Source: Marsupella aquatica (lineage: Eukaryota; Plantae; Marchantiophyta). Taken from it: 64,000 bases of DNA. Shown here in pieces: positions 1 through 14,123 of the stretch. The stretch's first letter is position 1; each line of letters begins with the position of its first letter. The notes below the pieces were generated by a model. That model was not told where the DNA came from. It made no database searches and was given only the letters and a program-made list of their open reading frames with translations. Both the position numbers and the translations under genes were made by a program. The DNA lies in contig OZ316898.1 in assembly GCA_973895155.1 (NCBI GenBank), positions 1,401,927 to 1,465,926 on the forward strand, written 5' to 3'.

Positions 1-510
1 TACTGCCCCCATGGTTGTGTAAAGATACGAATGGATCTACACTCTGCACCACAAAGGTACACTCTCTCCCAACCCGAGGATGAGGTTTGCATTAATATAC
101 TGTCATTATGCAGGTTGAGGGTTTGTTGAGAATGTCACACTAGTATCCCCGTCCCATTGTTGTATCTTAAAGATTATGCATTTATTTTATTTTTTTGCAA
201 AATGGCCCTACTAATTCTATAGAACGAAACAACCATGAATGGAACCAAAGGGCAGACCACTAGAAGGGGAAGTGGCCCCTAAATCGTCTTCCATCATCGC
301 TAAACACCTATTTTGATCCCACCATAGAGAACTTTTAAGCAGGTTGCTTACACTGATCCCCGTCATCAAAATCACCAATGCAATAATCTGCGGCAAGGTG
401 GAAACAATGTCTGAGGAGCTCGTTGAACTTAAACCTTCGAACAAATTGCGACTACTGGAAGAGAAAAACAGCCATGCCATTTACAGTGGTTTCTTTCCTT
501 CCCAATATTT

Positions 511-674
511 GGTTACAAAATTCCTAGTATCTTTTGCCTCCAACTTGTTTCAAGCCCTGAAATTATTATAGACATTGCGAAACCTTAAAACGGGTTACAA
601 AATTCCTAGTATCCTTTGCCTCCAAGTTGTTTCAAGCCCTGAAATTATTATAGACATTACGAAACCTTAAAACG
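511..674. repeat. Tandem duplication, 2 x 82 bp
   Basis: GGTTACAAAATTCCTAGTATC...GAAACCTTAAAACG at 511 and 593. Confidence 0.92.
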
Positions 675-2549
675 GCCATCAGGCATACACTACTGTAGGT
701 GATGGTGGCCCTCGTGAGATACACATGGGGACAACCACTGCCCATCAGGATCCACCACATTTGAGCATCGATAAGAGTTCTTTCCTGAAGTAATGGAGGC
801 TGGCATGGTAGAGGAGGGAGTGGCTGGACTGTGCCATACAGGAGAAGTTTTGGACACGTTCCCCTTATGTAGTTCAGGGCCAGTGATGGTTTGAGGCCGT
901 TGTTTTCTCAACCATACCACCCGTTCGGAGAGGGACCTTATCATGCAAGATGTGTTTTAGGAGGTCATACAAAACCTCTACAATGTCATGTCCCACCTTG
1001 AAAGAAAACAATAAAGCTTCAGGTCTTGTTGAGAGACAATTGTGAATAAATCAGCATCTCTCGTTAGGGTAAGCCTTGTCAAGAGTCTTTCCAGCAATGG
1101 GGAATAAAACTACAGACTTGCAAGACGCAAAGGACGACGGAAATTTTAGTCCCGGCATCGAGACCAACTTCTCCTTTAAGCCCCCTTGTGAGCATGCTCA
1201 TAAGCCACTTGCCAGTAAGAGGTGCTACGAAGTCCCAGTGATGCCAGTAAAGATTAAGAAATATAAAATCTTGATCATACTATGCAACAGAGACAAGATT
1301 GCAAGAACCATACTTCAAGAGCAGTGGCGAGCAATTACTCCCTTTTGGGATTTTGGGACGGAGAAGACGTTTACTCGACTGGGAATGAAGAACGAATACC
1401 TGCTTCTGATCCATCCTAAGCTAACCTTCTAAAATCATATCGAATTACGTTTATTTCGCACGACCAGCAGACAAGAGATTTCATGAACTGGTCTTGCTAA
1501 TGAGAGATAAAAATCAGGACACGCAGGATCTCGTCCTAGACTTAATTTAGCTCTGTTGATCCTATGTTGTCTTAAGTAGCACTTCGAGTGGAGCTGCTGA
1601 CGATAAAAATGATGAACTTGGTCATATTTGTTTTCCTCCTCAGTAGTGAGGCCCACCAAGACACGTCCAATGGAGCTACTTACCCTAGTGCTTGGGCTCT
1701 GCCTGGTGTAGTGAAACTCTTCATTGTGCTAAGTGCAACACCTGTACTCGTGCCGCAGGGTCCTAACCATGCATGTCAACACTTGTCAACATCAGCTCCT
1801 GAAAAAACAACTCCTTCAAAACCATACAATTTCCACCGAGGGCCCCAGTATTGTGTCCGAATTAAAATCTGCCTCCATCCCGCAGAACAGAGGCTGATAA
1901 AACATCAGTCTTCAGCAGCAATTTTGCGGGTCATCCACCCAAAACTTGCATAACACACAAATGACAGTTCTGACTGCATTGACACCATACAAATTACTTG
2001 CACGTGCGGACTCCAAAAGCTTCTTACCTAACAGATGGTATCTGTTGATGGCGCTCCTCCAGAAAACTCCACCACGTCCTTTAAGCCTTAATTACTATAA
2101 CTATCCAGAAGTACAAACTGTGCAACCAGATTACACACCATGCTCCATGACATACGAGACACTGCTTTGATAAATTGGATTAAAACAGATATTTTAGCAA
2201 CATGCCACAAACTTCGGAGGCTTCAAGGTATTGCTTGATCTCAGCATGTTCCTGCTTTAATTGAATGTGAGATCCTGACCATAACAATATGTATGGAAAC
2301 TATACGTGATCTCCAGCACATCCTTGCAACTGTCGACAAGATCAGATCTAGGTTGGTCAAAAGGAGGGCTATCTCAGCGCTTTCCATCAGCTGACATCTG
2401 CATCCTCCTAAGACCTATCTGTGTGCTGGCTGGTACCTAGCACCACTGGATGTGGGATAACGATACAAAATCTCTTAGCAGAAGGATGACTTGACCTAGA
2501 CAACAACTGGAAATATGAACAAGATTACACTCAACTTTGTTGTGCACAG

Positions 2550-5500
2550 CTAATGAAAGAGTCGAACGGTCCGTGGACTCTGCCAACTACAACCCACAGC
2601 CCAATTGATAACACCTCCAATGTTTTGAAGGCTAGCGCATGCATTCACCTGTTGCAAAAGTAGATTAAAAGCCATTATGAGACGTTGCTACCGTCATTGC
2701 AAACTGAGCAGAATTTCTTACAAAAATTCTTCAGATAGGCAATCATTTGACAGCTTCTCTCTGAAAAGCAATGAGATCGTACCAGACTGTCAAGATCTCC
2801 TTCGATGTCGAAAATCATTATCCCCAGCCCCCTACTCTGATCAGTTTCAGCCTGCAAAAGAAATTTGTGTCAGTGACTATGAGATTCAATCCAAATAAAG
2901 ATTCCGCAGTCTGCAGTAAGGATATGAAAGTCGAGAGTTACGGGGAAAAAAGGGGTGGTAGATATGATTACTTACAGCACAAGCACAGATAAGCATTCCA
3001 GAGGCTCCCAAAAGTGCTGTGACCTCTGCAAGCATACCTGATCCAATCATATTCAGACCAACGTCAATACACCTCCCAAGGAGTTTCACCAATCCAATAA
3101 ATGAAGTATGCGGCTGTAAACTCATCTACCATGATTTCACACAGGCAATCCATTACAAGATTTTATGACAAAAAATTCTCATAAGCAAGCGACTTCATTT
3201 AGTGTCCCAAAAGCGCTAGGGAATGAACGGACTTATGAGAGTGCGGATATCATACGTTTTCGATCTACACAGCAGATACTTAGCCACTGGACCGAACGAT
3301 CTCCACTTCCATGCCACATTGCCACCCGTCCAATTTGCCATGCTTCAAATTTGGCCATGACCTCATCTTCAATGGTCATCCGCAAACTGGCTGTACTGGA
3401 ACTTATTCGAGCTGTTCCGTTGATGTATCCTCTACCTTGCTCTCCAAAGATCTCATCTATCAATTTACTGTGTTTCCCATTGACTGGTGTGCCATTGACA
3501 GGTGTGCCATTGACGGGTACCCCATTGACCGGTGTGCCATTGACCGGTGTGCCATTGATTCGTATACCATGAACTGACGTGCCATTGACTGCTGTTCCAT
3601 TTACTGCTACTATGGGTCCAGGAAAAGGATCAGCTGTCTTTATCCTTCCAGAACCTGAACCATTTGATGGGTACTCAATTCTACTTCTGCCATTCAGAAC
3701 CTCTTGAGCTCTGAGATTAGAAGACTTGTGAAGGATCTCTGAACCCGGATATGAGTCTGATTCATCATCATCAAAATCTGCCTCACAACCTGACTTAACC
3801 GCTGTGGTCCAGGACGCGAAATCCTCATCCGACTCTGAGAATTCGGAGACAAAGTCTTTCACACAGACCGCTGTAAGTTCCTCTGCTGACAATGTAGCTT
3901 GATCTTTTAAGAGCTGCGCTTGGTCTTTCAAGAACTGCACACACGAGCCAACAACTGGACTTGCATTAGCATGAACATCTTCAGAAACATGGACCGCAGT
4001 AGAAGAGCTAGATAAAAATCTAGATATGAAACACCCCGAGGGTAGTGAGATACTGAGAGGTGATCATGAATGGTACGTGTCAGATAGAATGACTAACGAC
4101 GTAGAAGGATGAGGAAAACAGCCAGCTCAGCTCCAACCACACATTGTCAAGCGCGCCTGGATTTGTCCTAGGTCGCTTATTTGGTTATCTAACTTCAAAA
4201 ACATCAAAATGAAAGTGCAGCAAAATGAAACAAATCATGCGGTGTGTAAGAAAGATATCTAAGGTTAACGTACCTTTGTGAGTTTATGGCGTGCACTGCG
4301 TGTCCTGGCAAACTGGAGCCACTGTCGGTGCAGCTCAAATAATTTCCTTTCGGAAGCTCCCTGCAATTAAATGTCGAGGATACGATCAAGATAACTTTCA
4401 AAGACAATTGTTCTGCATAACGATATTGAGCTTCTTATAATACCAAGTTCGTCACCCGGCTTGCTAGTGAGGAAAGAAATACAGGGAAGCCTAAATTTGC
4501 AAGCCTCGGGAAGCCACAATCTGCATGGTGGTTTTAGTCCACAGAACCCCAGCAATGCAATTTAAATCCAAGTGATCCTAATAGATTTGGGCAAGAACTC
4601 ACTTCATAAGTTACAACTTCAACGACTTCAGCATTTGCTAAAGTATGTGTTGGAGAGACAAGGTTGCCATTCACCTGCCAACATAGCATGAAATTGAGTA
4701 GTGGATTTCCTGTCAACATCCGCAGCAATGCAGTCTGAAAAGAAAGCATATCACAAAAAGTTGACTTTCTCACCTGGTCCAGTATGTCTTACGAACCCTA
4801 TACCATGGCGCTATTGTACAGGTTATTTTGGGGAGCAATTTTTGCAAAAAACTGCAAAGCCTGTCGAGGAAATCTGCTATTCAGGCAAAGAACGACATGT
4901 TATGACTCACCTTCGCTGCCACCATCTTGTTACCAACATCTGTGTGTATTTGGTAGGCGTAATCAACAACAGTTGCACCTTTGGGGAGGTTCTTGATCTG
5001 CAAGCAGCCGGTCAAGTACGGGAATGAATTCTTCCGAAGAGAACACCAACGAATCTTCAAACACTCAACCATAAGCAACAAGTTAATTAGGCAGAACTCT
5101 TCCATGTGATGTACACAGGATTGCATTCGACTTACCTCTCCTTTCGGTGTAAAAACAAAGACGCGACTGCCTAGTAAGTCACCAGTGATTGTGTCAACAA
5201 ATTCCCGGGATGTCATGTTACCGACAAACTCCTCCTGCCACTCTCGAATGGAATTCAACCAGCTCACCTGGAGAAGCTCCATCGTTAACAGGGGATAAGC
5301 GCAACAAAATAACAAGCTGCCCAATATAAATAAAGAAGAACGAAAGGGGTTGAGCAACAGAGGCAGCCAGTCCAATCGAGATAAAATACAGAAGCACCAC
5401 TGGACAGCTTACCCTGCGAGCAATCTCCGCATCGTTCAAATTGTTACTCCATCCACGACGAGCAGCCTCATTTGTCACACTCAAACTGTTTCCCGCAAAT

Positions 5501-8500
5501 GCTCCAATAAGGTCTGGATCAGACCCCCAGACCCCCTTTCCGCTATGGTGTGCAGCAATCCCCCATTCAGCAAGTTTATCCATCTCCTCTGTCCTAATCT
5601 ACATCATGGAAGACACCAGATGGAAGACACCACACTCTTTAGGCTCCAATCTCTTGAAATTTCTGTGTTTCACAAATAGACCTGTAGCATAATATCCAAG
5701 TACCTGAATCTCCAGAGGAAAATATGTTGCCGATCCAAATGGTATGACTGTCGTGTGAAGACTCTGATATCCATTTGGCTTTGGTGTGGCGATATAATCC
5801 TTTACCTGAGATAAACAAGATCCCAAAGATATTACGTCAACACCAAAAGGTCCTCCATAGTTAGTAAAGAACCATTAAGCCTGCTCTATACACTCTGTCA
5901 AATGCTGTAAGAGAAAACACACGTCACCTAATGAAGCTGAAGGGCTCTAAAGATACATAAAATTTAAAATTGTAACATTACCATTCCAGGGACAGGTGGC
6001 CACATCGCATGGACTAAACCAAGCACGTGATAGCAAACCTGCAATCGCAGCCATTCGGAAACAATTAGAAGCAGACAGTCTTCTCTACTCAGTCGAATCT
6101 GCCTGCGCTGGACCAGGCCTTGATTGCCACATCAGTCATCACAAGGAGTCTAGCGCTTAATTTAATAATTATTGACATGCACAGATGAAGAAATACCTGC
6201 TGAGCAGTACACAGTTTTCCCGTCGTGGCCCCTGGCTGTAATTTCAAGATCACTCTTAACTGCGAGGAATAACATTGTTATCAGACAAGCTAACCTATTC
6301 CAAAATCTTGGCAATATAAAATAGTATCATTTGTGATCCACCACAGACATCAAGTCCCTGATCGTAGACTGAAAAACTCAAATATCCACACCTGGTAATT
6401 CGAGAGTTGGCCATCAGAAGATTTAACATCGACTTTTGGCTCTGACAGGTCTGAACATGGAGCTACTAACAAAACTTTGAAACTTTGTGGAGAATGTCTA
6501 GACCAGCAAATGTCTAGTAGGAATTGTACCTGTGCAATATTTCGAATCTCGTCCATTGAGCATTTGGTGTCCCGCATCTTCTTATACAAACTGTACGCAA
6601 AAGCAAGGATTGATAATCCATGTAGAAGAAGTCATTAAATATTTTACAATACAGAAGTATCACTGGGGCTATATACAGATCTTCAGATCTGATAAATATC
6701 TCCACAAGATCTCTGTAGAAGAAGCCAAGGGCCTGAAAGACTGATTCCAAAATCATAACCTAGCAAACTTCGATACCTACCCAAAGCAAGAAGATAGAGA
6801 AAACTGGAGCTCGACCGTAAGAAATCCATCTGCTAGAACTCAGGTGGCGTCACAACTTTCCAGTACCTCTCGATGACACTTTAAGAGCCCTTAAAGAGTA
6901 GACAATGATCCAGCAATCTCTAAGTGGCTCTAAGTACCCATTACATTTGTGCTTATTTATACATACCTGTACAATTCTTTATAATGAGTACGGACTTTCA
7001 CGTCCACTGTAATGAAACCAAGAAACTGGTCCTTGTCTATTGTCTCCATTATCACTCTCCTGGCCTGAATTGCAAAACAAAGAAAAACATTATATCAACC
7101 TCATTAGTTATCAGGTAGAGTTCGAGGGACTATCTATCTAAGAAAAGACATGCATCACTCCTGCACTTCAATGGCAAAACCATGTATCTAACCATTAGAA
7201 TGAAAACCCGTATTTATATATTTGACGGTTGGGCATTAGTTGAATTGTGCCTGTATTACCTCTATCAAAACATCTTCTTGTTCTTTGCACAATATAGCAA
7301 CACGCTGCTTGAGGTTTGTGTAATCTTCCGCATTCGAATACAGGAATGATAGATCCTCCAGTTCCGACTGATACAAAAGAATAAAACCACAACAGTTCAG
7401 TGCTTGGTGATCGTCTCCACAACAGAATCTCACAAAAGGCATTCAAACCGAAAATCTATCTCGATTTTCTGCAAAGTCTTCAAAGCCTACTTCAAGACCA
7501 CACACCTTGATTCGATACATGCCCAGCAACTTTGCTAGGGGCGCAAATACTTGTAGGGTCTCTTCAGCTATGTATTGCTGCAAAAGTGATGAGGATCACG
7601 CAATCAAAACAGAAATCATGACATATTCATGAGAGGCCATCTAAAGAAAACACTCCATGAGAACAAGTCTTCACTGACTTATAAACATATCCAGAAAATC
7701 AACCTAAACTCATGGCAGAACCCGCCAAAACAATTCATGGCCTCGTGCATGCTCCATTTGAGTACCTGCTTGTGTGGAGGCATATGAGCTAATGTTCTCA
7801 TGTTATGCAATCGATCTGCGAGCTTCACAATGATTACACGAACCTGTTCACAGAGAACATTGAATCATCAAGCAGGTTGCCTAGTAACCAAGACTTTCCC
7901 TGGAGCGCTGACAATAATCAGCTGTCCTTTTCAGACCATGTCAAAAGCTGAAACACCTCCTGCTATTGAAGATTTCTCACCTAAGTCAGCAGACAGAATA
8001 GCCAGGGAGCTCTATCAAAATATCAAAAACCTTAGGAGCTCCACGCAGCACACAATGTCCACCGATATGCAGAAAGAATTTGTACCTCTTCAGTCATGGC
8101 AAGAAACATTTGCCTCAGATCATCAGCCTTCACATCTTGGCTCTTCGACCCACAGCTCGGACGTTGCATCTTCCCAAGTTTGGACACCTGCTTGGTAGCA
8201 AATTCCACTACTTATCAGATGACCTAGCAAGAAATTCTCTGATAGCGACCACTTAGAAAATAGATGTAAGTTTCAAGAGAAACTTCCACACGTGCCTTGG
8301 TTTCACCCTCCACTATGCGCCTCACAACCGATCCAAACTGTTGCTCGATCCTCTCGAATGTCACATGTTCTGTATCCTCGACGGTGTCGTGTAAAAGACC
8401 AGCAACAATAGTTTCCCAATCCATTTCCTGTGAGGTCAACAAACACGTCAGGCCGAAGTCCAAACCGCGAGTATGAACCTAAGGGCTTCAAGCTGAAGCA

Positions 8501-11117
8501 ACTGCATCCTAATGTTGTATATTTTCCCAGAGACACACGTGCCTCATACTAATACAGGTGCCCATTTGTTCACCTACAGTAAAGTTATCCCAGAAAATCT
8601 AAAAACAAGCCAGAAACCGAAAACAGAATAGTATGCAACAAGACTGATCCGGCAAAAAGGTGGGGAATCAGCTTACAAGTTCTCCCAGAATGTTTGCGAC
8701 TGCTACGGGATGGATGATAAATGGCTCTCCACTACGGCGCCTTTGCCCATCATGAGCTTCAAAAGCCAGCTGCATTTGACAACAAAGTACACTTGAGCTT
8801 GCACTTCGTACTCCGAGAACACATCCATTTCAGTTTTTAGGTAATTAGAAGAAGACAAGATATGGTAGACGCATACCTGCAAAGCATCATTGACCATGCA
8901 CAACTGAGCACCTGAAAGATAATTGATGGTGGGCTTCAAGGTCTGGACATCAAACATTTCACCAGATTCAGTCTCATGGCAACACTTCATGCAATATTAT
9001 AGATATGAAACTTCCTATTTTCGTCTTCTTCTGAATTTCGTTAAGGACTGCCCTTGCTACTTCCGCTTTGCTTTTGTGGGGTGAAGTCTAAGATTTGACT
9101 TCACCTTCTTCGGTTTTCCAGCTAAAATTCCAGAATTCAGGAAATATTCTCCAAGTAACGTGTACTCGATCAAAACCTCATTCATGAACACGTCAATGAA
9201 TTTCGGCAAATGTGTCTCCCCTTAGACAAAAGGACTAGTATACAGGAGACTTGTTGGGATGATAGGACCAGACATACACGTGTTTTGACATACAAGTACT
9301 CTAGCGTTGGATGTCACCTTTCAACAATCTCAAGTACAAAAAACAGCCATGAGATGTTCGTCACGAATCTTGAAGTTTGCATCTCACCTCCCACAAGGTT
9401 ACTGGAGTCACAATGCTTTCAAAGGATGTCTGTGCTTCTTTCCGTGAACCACTTTCAGGGGACGTCTGTGCTTCATTCCGAGAAACGCATTCAACTGTGA
9501 CTTGATATCTCGACTGCGATTTCTTTCCCTGGTCACATCCTGTTGAAGACTGGAATTGACCTCTTCGGTTCTCGGTACCCCAGATCAGCCCAGCTGAGGC
9601 CTTCCAGCTACACTCATCATGCTGCAGTAGAAATAATCATAGAGACAAAACGTTAAGGGACGAACAAGACATATAATATTTCCCTACAAATACATTAGAC
9701 GGAATTTCTAATGATAGTGCTCATGCAGTTTGATGTCCACTACAAATTCATTAAACGTGCTGCACATTTGCTAAACGTTATCTCTTACCCATAAGATAGA
9801 GAAATCTAGAAAGCACCAAGATTATACAAAGGAGAGTTCTTTCTTACATTGACATTGAGACGTGTTCTATCCTGTTTCAGCCATCTTCTGCTGTTACTGC
9901 AAACAGCAGATTGACTCGTACTTGTCAAACCACCACTTAAACAGCGAGCTACACAGCCCGGATCTACATGTTCTACTCTAACTACATGAGGTTGCGAGAA
10001 GTTCCGAAAGGGAGCAGGATCCGGACACCCTGCAAAACAATCGGTTGAGCGTCAGTAAGACTCCCGTAAGTTGGTAAAATGCAGCATGACGACACGGCCA
10101 AGGCACTTTACTGTTTCTCAAAAAGCTGCAGTGGAAACAAAGTCCCATCCCTATTAAGCAATAGTTTCCCGTGACCCATTCGTATTATAATACACTATTG
10201 AACACAGAAGCTTATTGTCTACATAATTTCAGGCCTGGCCCATGTATAAGCCCCCAATAGTGTACTCATGTGGTGAGTGAGTGTGCCCAAGAAATTTTCA
10301 AAATCCAAAGATACTTTGGGATTCAAATGACCACAAGAAATTCAGCATGCAAGAACAACCATAGCCACAGACCTACTTCAGCCAGGGCTGCTTAGAGCCG
10401 TAAAAATTGAAAAACAAGAGGCATTAATGGGACAGAGAATGCACCCGGTCAGGTACCAATTAGGTCTCAGTATAGCCAACAAGCGGGATTGAGACAAAGT
10501 ATTAAATTCCCTCCATCACATTCAGAATTAAGTACATAGAAACTATAAAATGAGGAGAGACAGAGGTGATACCGATAAATCCAAAATCTTAAACAGGTAG
10601 GACAGGTTGTGCCACGAGTTCATAGATTAGACTGAGAAAGAACTCATGGTTCTAGTGAGCGGCTCGAGGTAGCAAGGGCACTAAACCCTCCGTTATGTGA
10701 AGGCCTGCCGAATAGAGCTGCTAGGCTCTAAAATTACTTATGGTGACATGACAAGCCGGAAAGATGGATAATTCACTGACCTGACCCAAGTCCAGGGTGT
10801 CATGATTTAAAAAGCTCATGCATCCCAGAAAAGTATGAATCTATGGGTCCAATACACAGAGGAGTGGAACTGAGAATGGAAACTGACCAGAAAATCGGAT
10901 GGGCCGGGCCATGTCTCAAGATTAAGGCAGTCAAGACCACAAAACTTGACAACGACTCCGACAAGAAAATGAGGAGCGCAGCTTCAACATGCCAAAACTG
11001 ATGAGGGTGTCCCTGTCACCATTATTCCATCCCATACTCACAGCTGCCCGCTCGATACCATACGACGTCTAACAACCTGTGAGTAGCCTCCAAATATCCC
11101 CTGCTTAGATACCTCAT
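2550..11117 (-). CDS. RSH1: RelA/SpoT homolog, plant RSH1 clade ((p)ppGpp hydrolase; HD, synthetase-like, TGS and ACT domains), 24 coding exons, ~998 aa
   Basis: Hand-spliced exons (minus strand): 11117-11042 (tentative first exon), 10029-9848, 9621-9388, 8942-8877, 8769-8677, 8427-8296, 8187-8086, 7843-7766, 7577-7506, 7367-7260, 7064-6967, 6590-6530, 6259-6197, 6038-5982, 5805-5704, 5598-5413, 5267-5136, 4997-4911, 4674-4603, 4360-4274, 3934-3256, 3037-2976, 2851-2783, 2648-2550. The total is 2997 nt and stays in frame. Motifs: AHDGQRRRSGEPFIIHP, AGLLHDTVED, KLADRLHNMRTL, KDYIATPKPNGYQSLHT, EIQIRT, TGS (VFVFTPKGE..LPKGATVVDYAYQIHT..AKVNG) and ACT (DRKRMLAEVT...). The start codon is less certain than the rest. 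Confidence 0.93.
3477..3609 (-). repeat. In-frame 15-bp coding minisatellite (~9 units, (V/I)NGTP) within RSH1 exon 21
   Basis: CCATTGAC(C/T)GGTGTG units, translated as VNGTAVNGTSVHGIRINGTPVNGTPVNGVPVNGTPVNGTPVNG. Confidence 0.92.
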
Positions 11118-11842
11118 TCAAATTCGTTCCTTCCTCTTGACCCTGCCTTGGCGTTCCTTGTCCTACCGTTACAAGTAACCAGGTTCAATCTTTATCTTAG
11201 AAGGCCTCCAACTCTCAACCAAGGTGACCAACAATATAAGCTGTCGTTCTCCCTTCACCCCTGTGAACCGTTGACCGTCAATTGGAACTCCGCTCAGCCT
11301 CATCCTGCCGTGCGAGTATCTCCTCCGCAACTGTTTACCTTCCCCAACCACAATCTACCGTCTGCCTGCTTTCTCGCGCTTCGAAACATTGCAATTCCCA
11401 ATCCAACTCCTACGTAGTGTTCTCTGTCTACCTCCACCTCTGTCTCTTTCCATATCCGAGACTGAGGGTATCGTTAACACCAACGGAAAAAGATCTCGGC
11501 TACAAGGTGAATCGCTTGTGCACTTTCCGCCACAGTCAAACACCAGTCTCGCTTCTGCTTCCTAGGTCAGAATTACTACTGGAAGTCCCTGCTTTCAATC
11601 TTCCACCGCCTGTTCCTCTTCGACCCCTCACTCCCTCTAGTTTATCAACGAAGTCCCTCTGCTTTCAGTCTGCCATCACCGAGAACTCCTCTTTGATTCT
11701 CCTCAACCGTCAATCCAGCTGGAGATTCATGGTCTGTTCTCTCGTTTAGTATGCTTCGCCTCCTTTCTCGTCCTTTGACAGCTAGCCTGAACAATAGAGC
11801 AAACAAGCCATAGATGCTGTTTGCTCCGTATATCGAAGACCT

Positions 11843-11889
11843 CACCTCACCTCAACTCAACTCAACTCAACTCAACTCAACTCAACTCA
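11843..11889. repeat. (CTCAA)n microsatellite
   Basis: Directly visible pentamer run. Confidence 0.9.
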
Positions 11890-12179
11890 CAAACCGTGCT
11901 CTGATCCAGATTCCGGATTCCTCCTCTTTGCCCGTCGCCTTTCCTCTTGGTTGCAACTCCTAATTCAGCTCATCAGCAGCCTCGCCATGGACAAAGGACC
12001 TGCTGCTGCTCTCCTCCTCCTCGGGTCGACACTCCTTCGCCTGCTCGACCAATTCCCTATCAGCTGGCTCTATCTACCTCTCCTTCCTTCCGCCTAATTT
12101 CGACAGACTGGTACCCTTCAGCAGTAGTGTTGGCAGCTCCTGCTACGTCTCCCTGCTGTGCTTCCTCCGGGCATGGCCC

Positions 12180-12645
12180 ACTCTCTCACTCACTCTCTCA
12201 CTCACTCACTCACTCACGCACTCACTCTCCCGTTCGAACGTCTTCCCTAGAGCAACAATCACTCGCGGTACACGCTCTCTGCGCGGATTGTGTGGATTGC
12301 AAGGTGTGAACGAGCGACTGAAATTCCACACGAATTACGAGGGAGTCAGTCGCTCCGGCATGCAATTAACCTGAAGCCCTAATACACACAGACTAGCACG
12401 CAGGCACAGGAGAAGCAATCCCTGTCGAAAGCCGAGCGTAGCAAAGCAGCAGCAGCCAGGCGAGCGAGTGCTGTGCTGTGCTGTGCTGTGCTTTTCACTC
12501 ATCACTCTTCTTCTCTCTCCTCTGTTCTCGTCTTTTTGCTCGCTCTTGTTTCTCTGGCTTTGCCGGAGTTTCCGCGTCTCTCTTTCTCTCTCTCGTCTCT
12601 CTCCCTCTCTCTCTCTCTCTGTCTCTCGCACACCTTCTCTCGCTC
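12180..12645. repeat. Cluster of simple repeats: (CTCA)n 12180-12228, (TGCTG)n 12468-12491, (CT)n 12575-12625; upstream of RSH1
   Basis: Directly visible. Confidence 0.85.
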
Positions 12646-12838
12646 TTTCGCCCAATCCCGATCGACAAGCGAGAAACTCACGGACGGATTTATCAAACGT
12701 GGACTTCTTGGACGGAATTCTCTGTGACTAACGGACCGGAGAGGCTGCGAGACCTACGGTACTCGTCTACACTCTCCAGTATTAGTCTGAACAGTAGTGT
12801 AGTGTACAGAAGCCCTTCTGTGGTGTTGACAGAGGCTC

Positions 12839-13320
12839 GGATGGATGGATGGATGGATGGATGGAAGGGATGGGTAGAAGGGATGGATGGATGGATGGAT
12901 GGATGGATGGATAAAAGGGATGGGTAGAAGGGATGGATGGATGGATAGCAGGGATGGATGGATGGAGGGATGGGCGGATATATGGATGGACGGATGGATA
13001 GCAGGGATGGATGGATGGAGGGATGGGCGGATATATGGATGGACGGATGGATAGAAGGATGGATGGATGGATGGACGGAGGGATAGGTGGATGGATAGAG
13101 GGAGGGATAGGTGGATGGAGGGATGGAGGGATGGATGGAGGGATGGAGGGATGGATGGACTAATAGATGGATGGTATTGGATAGAAGTATGGATGGATGG
13201 GAAAGTAATGGATGGGTGGAAGAAGGATGGATGGGAAAGTAATGGATGGGTTGAAGAAAGATGGATGGGAAAGTAATGGATGGGTGGAAGAAGGATGGAT
13301 GGATGGACGGAGAATGGACG
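12839..13320. repeat. Degenerate (GGAT)n microsatellite, ~480 bp, purine-rich
   Basis: Long run of GGAT/GGAA/GGGA variants with higher-order duplicated blocks. Confidence 0.95.
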
Positions 13321-14123
13321 GGCGGGATGTTGAGGATATGCTCCGAATTTTCTTAGTTTGAGTACCTTTGTAATGTAATATTACGCAGAAGATATTTGTG
13401 GTGTTGAGCCATTATAGGAATCTGAGGCTCACGATATTCGGATGAATTGTTGGAAGACTCATGGACCATTTTGAAGCGTTGGTTTTTACCCAAATGGCAC
13501 CTTTTCTTTGTGTAGATGCTGACAGTTCAAGGTATCAAAGGTTACCTGGTCTACTGGAGTGGTGAGATCAAACCTTACGATCTATCAGACCATCAGCTTC
13601 AGAGAAGTGTGCTTGGATGGGGATCTTCATCCAGTCTTTGAACTCTGATAGTACCAAATCCAAACTGGGTGCTCATCATGGTGTTCACATTAATGTACTT
13701 CTGACTTCATAAAATTTAGTTTTACAAGTCAACTAGGAAAAACCCACCTGCTGCCAACAAAGTGGATCTTGCTTATGGCAGACACCGACATTGAATCGAG
13801 GGTAGATAGTGGCAGATTGTGGAAAGAGATTGAGAAACTCCCCACAACAGGCATTTGCATTCATCAAGGATCTTTCATGTGTGCATCCCATTGGTACACG
13901 TTGACTGAACGAAATCTAGAACATAATTACATACTGGTTGTATAATTAAAAAATCAAAAGGGAAACCCTGCCCCGGCACAACTTGCAAAGAGTCTTGAGC
14001 ATGGGAAACCCCTCAACTTTACAAAAGAATACGACACACATTAAGGATGAAACACTCAAAATCAGTCAGCACCATGCACCAAAAGGGCCAACAAATGTTC
14101 CTGGAAAGGGATAATCTCAAATA

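Noticed and set aside
12335-13276. ORFs such as MGERAREG... and MDGWMDG...
   Set aside because: Translations of microsatellites.
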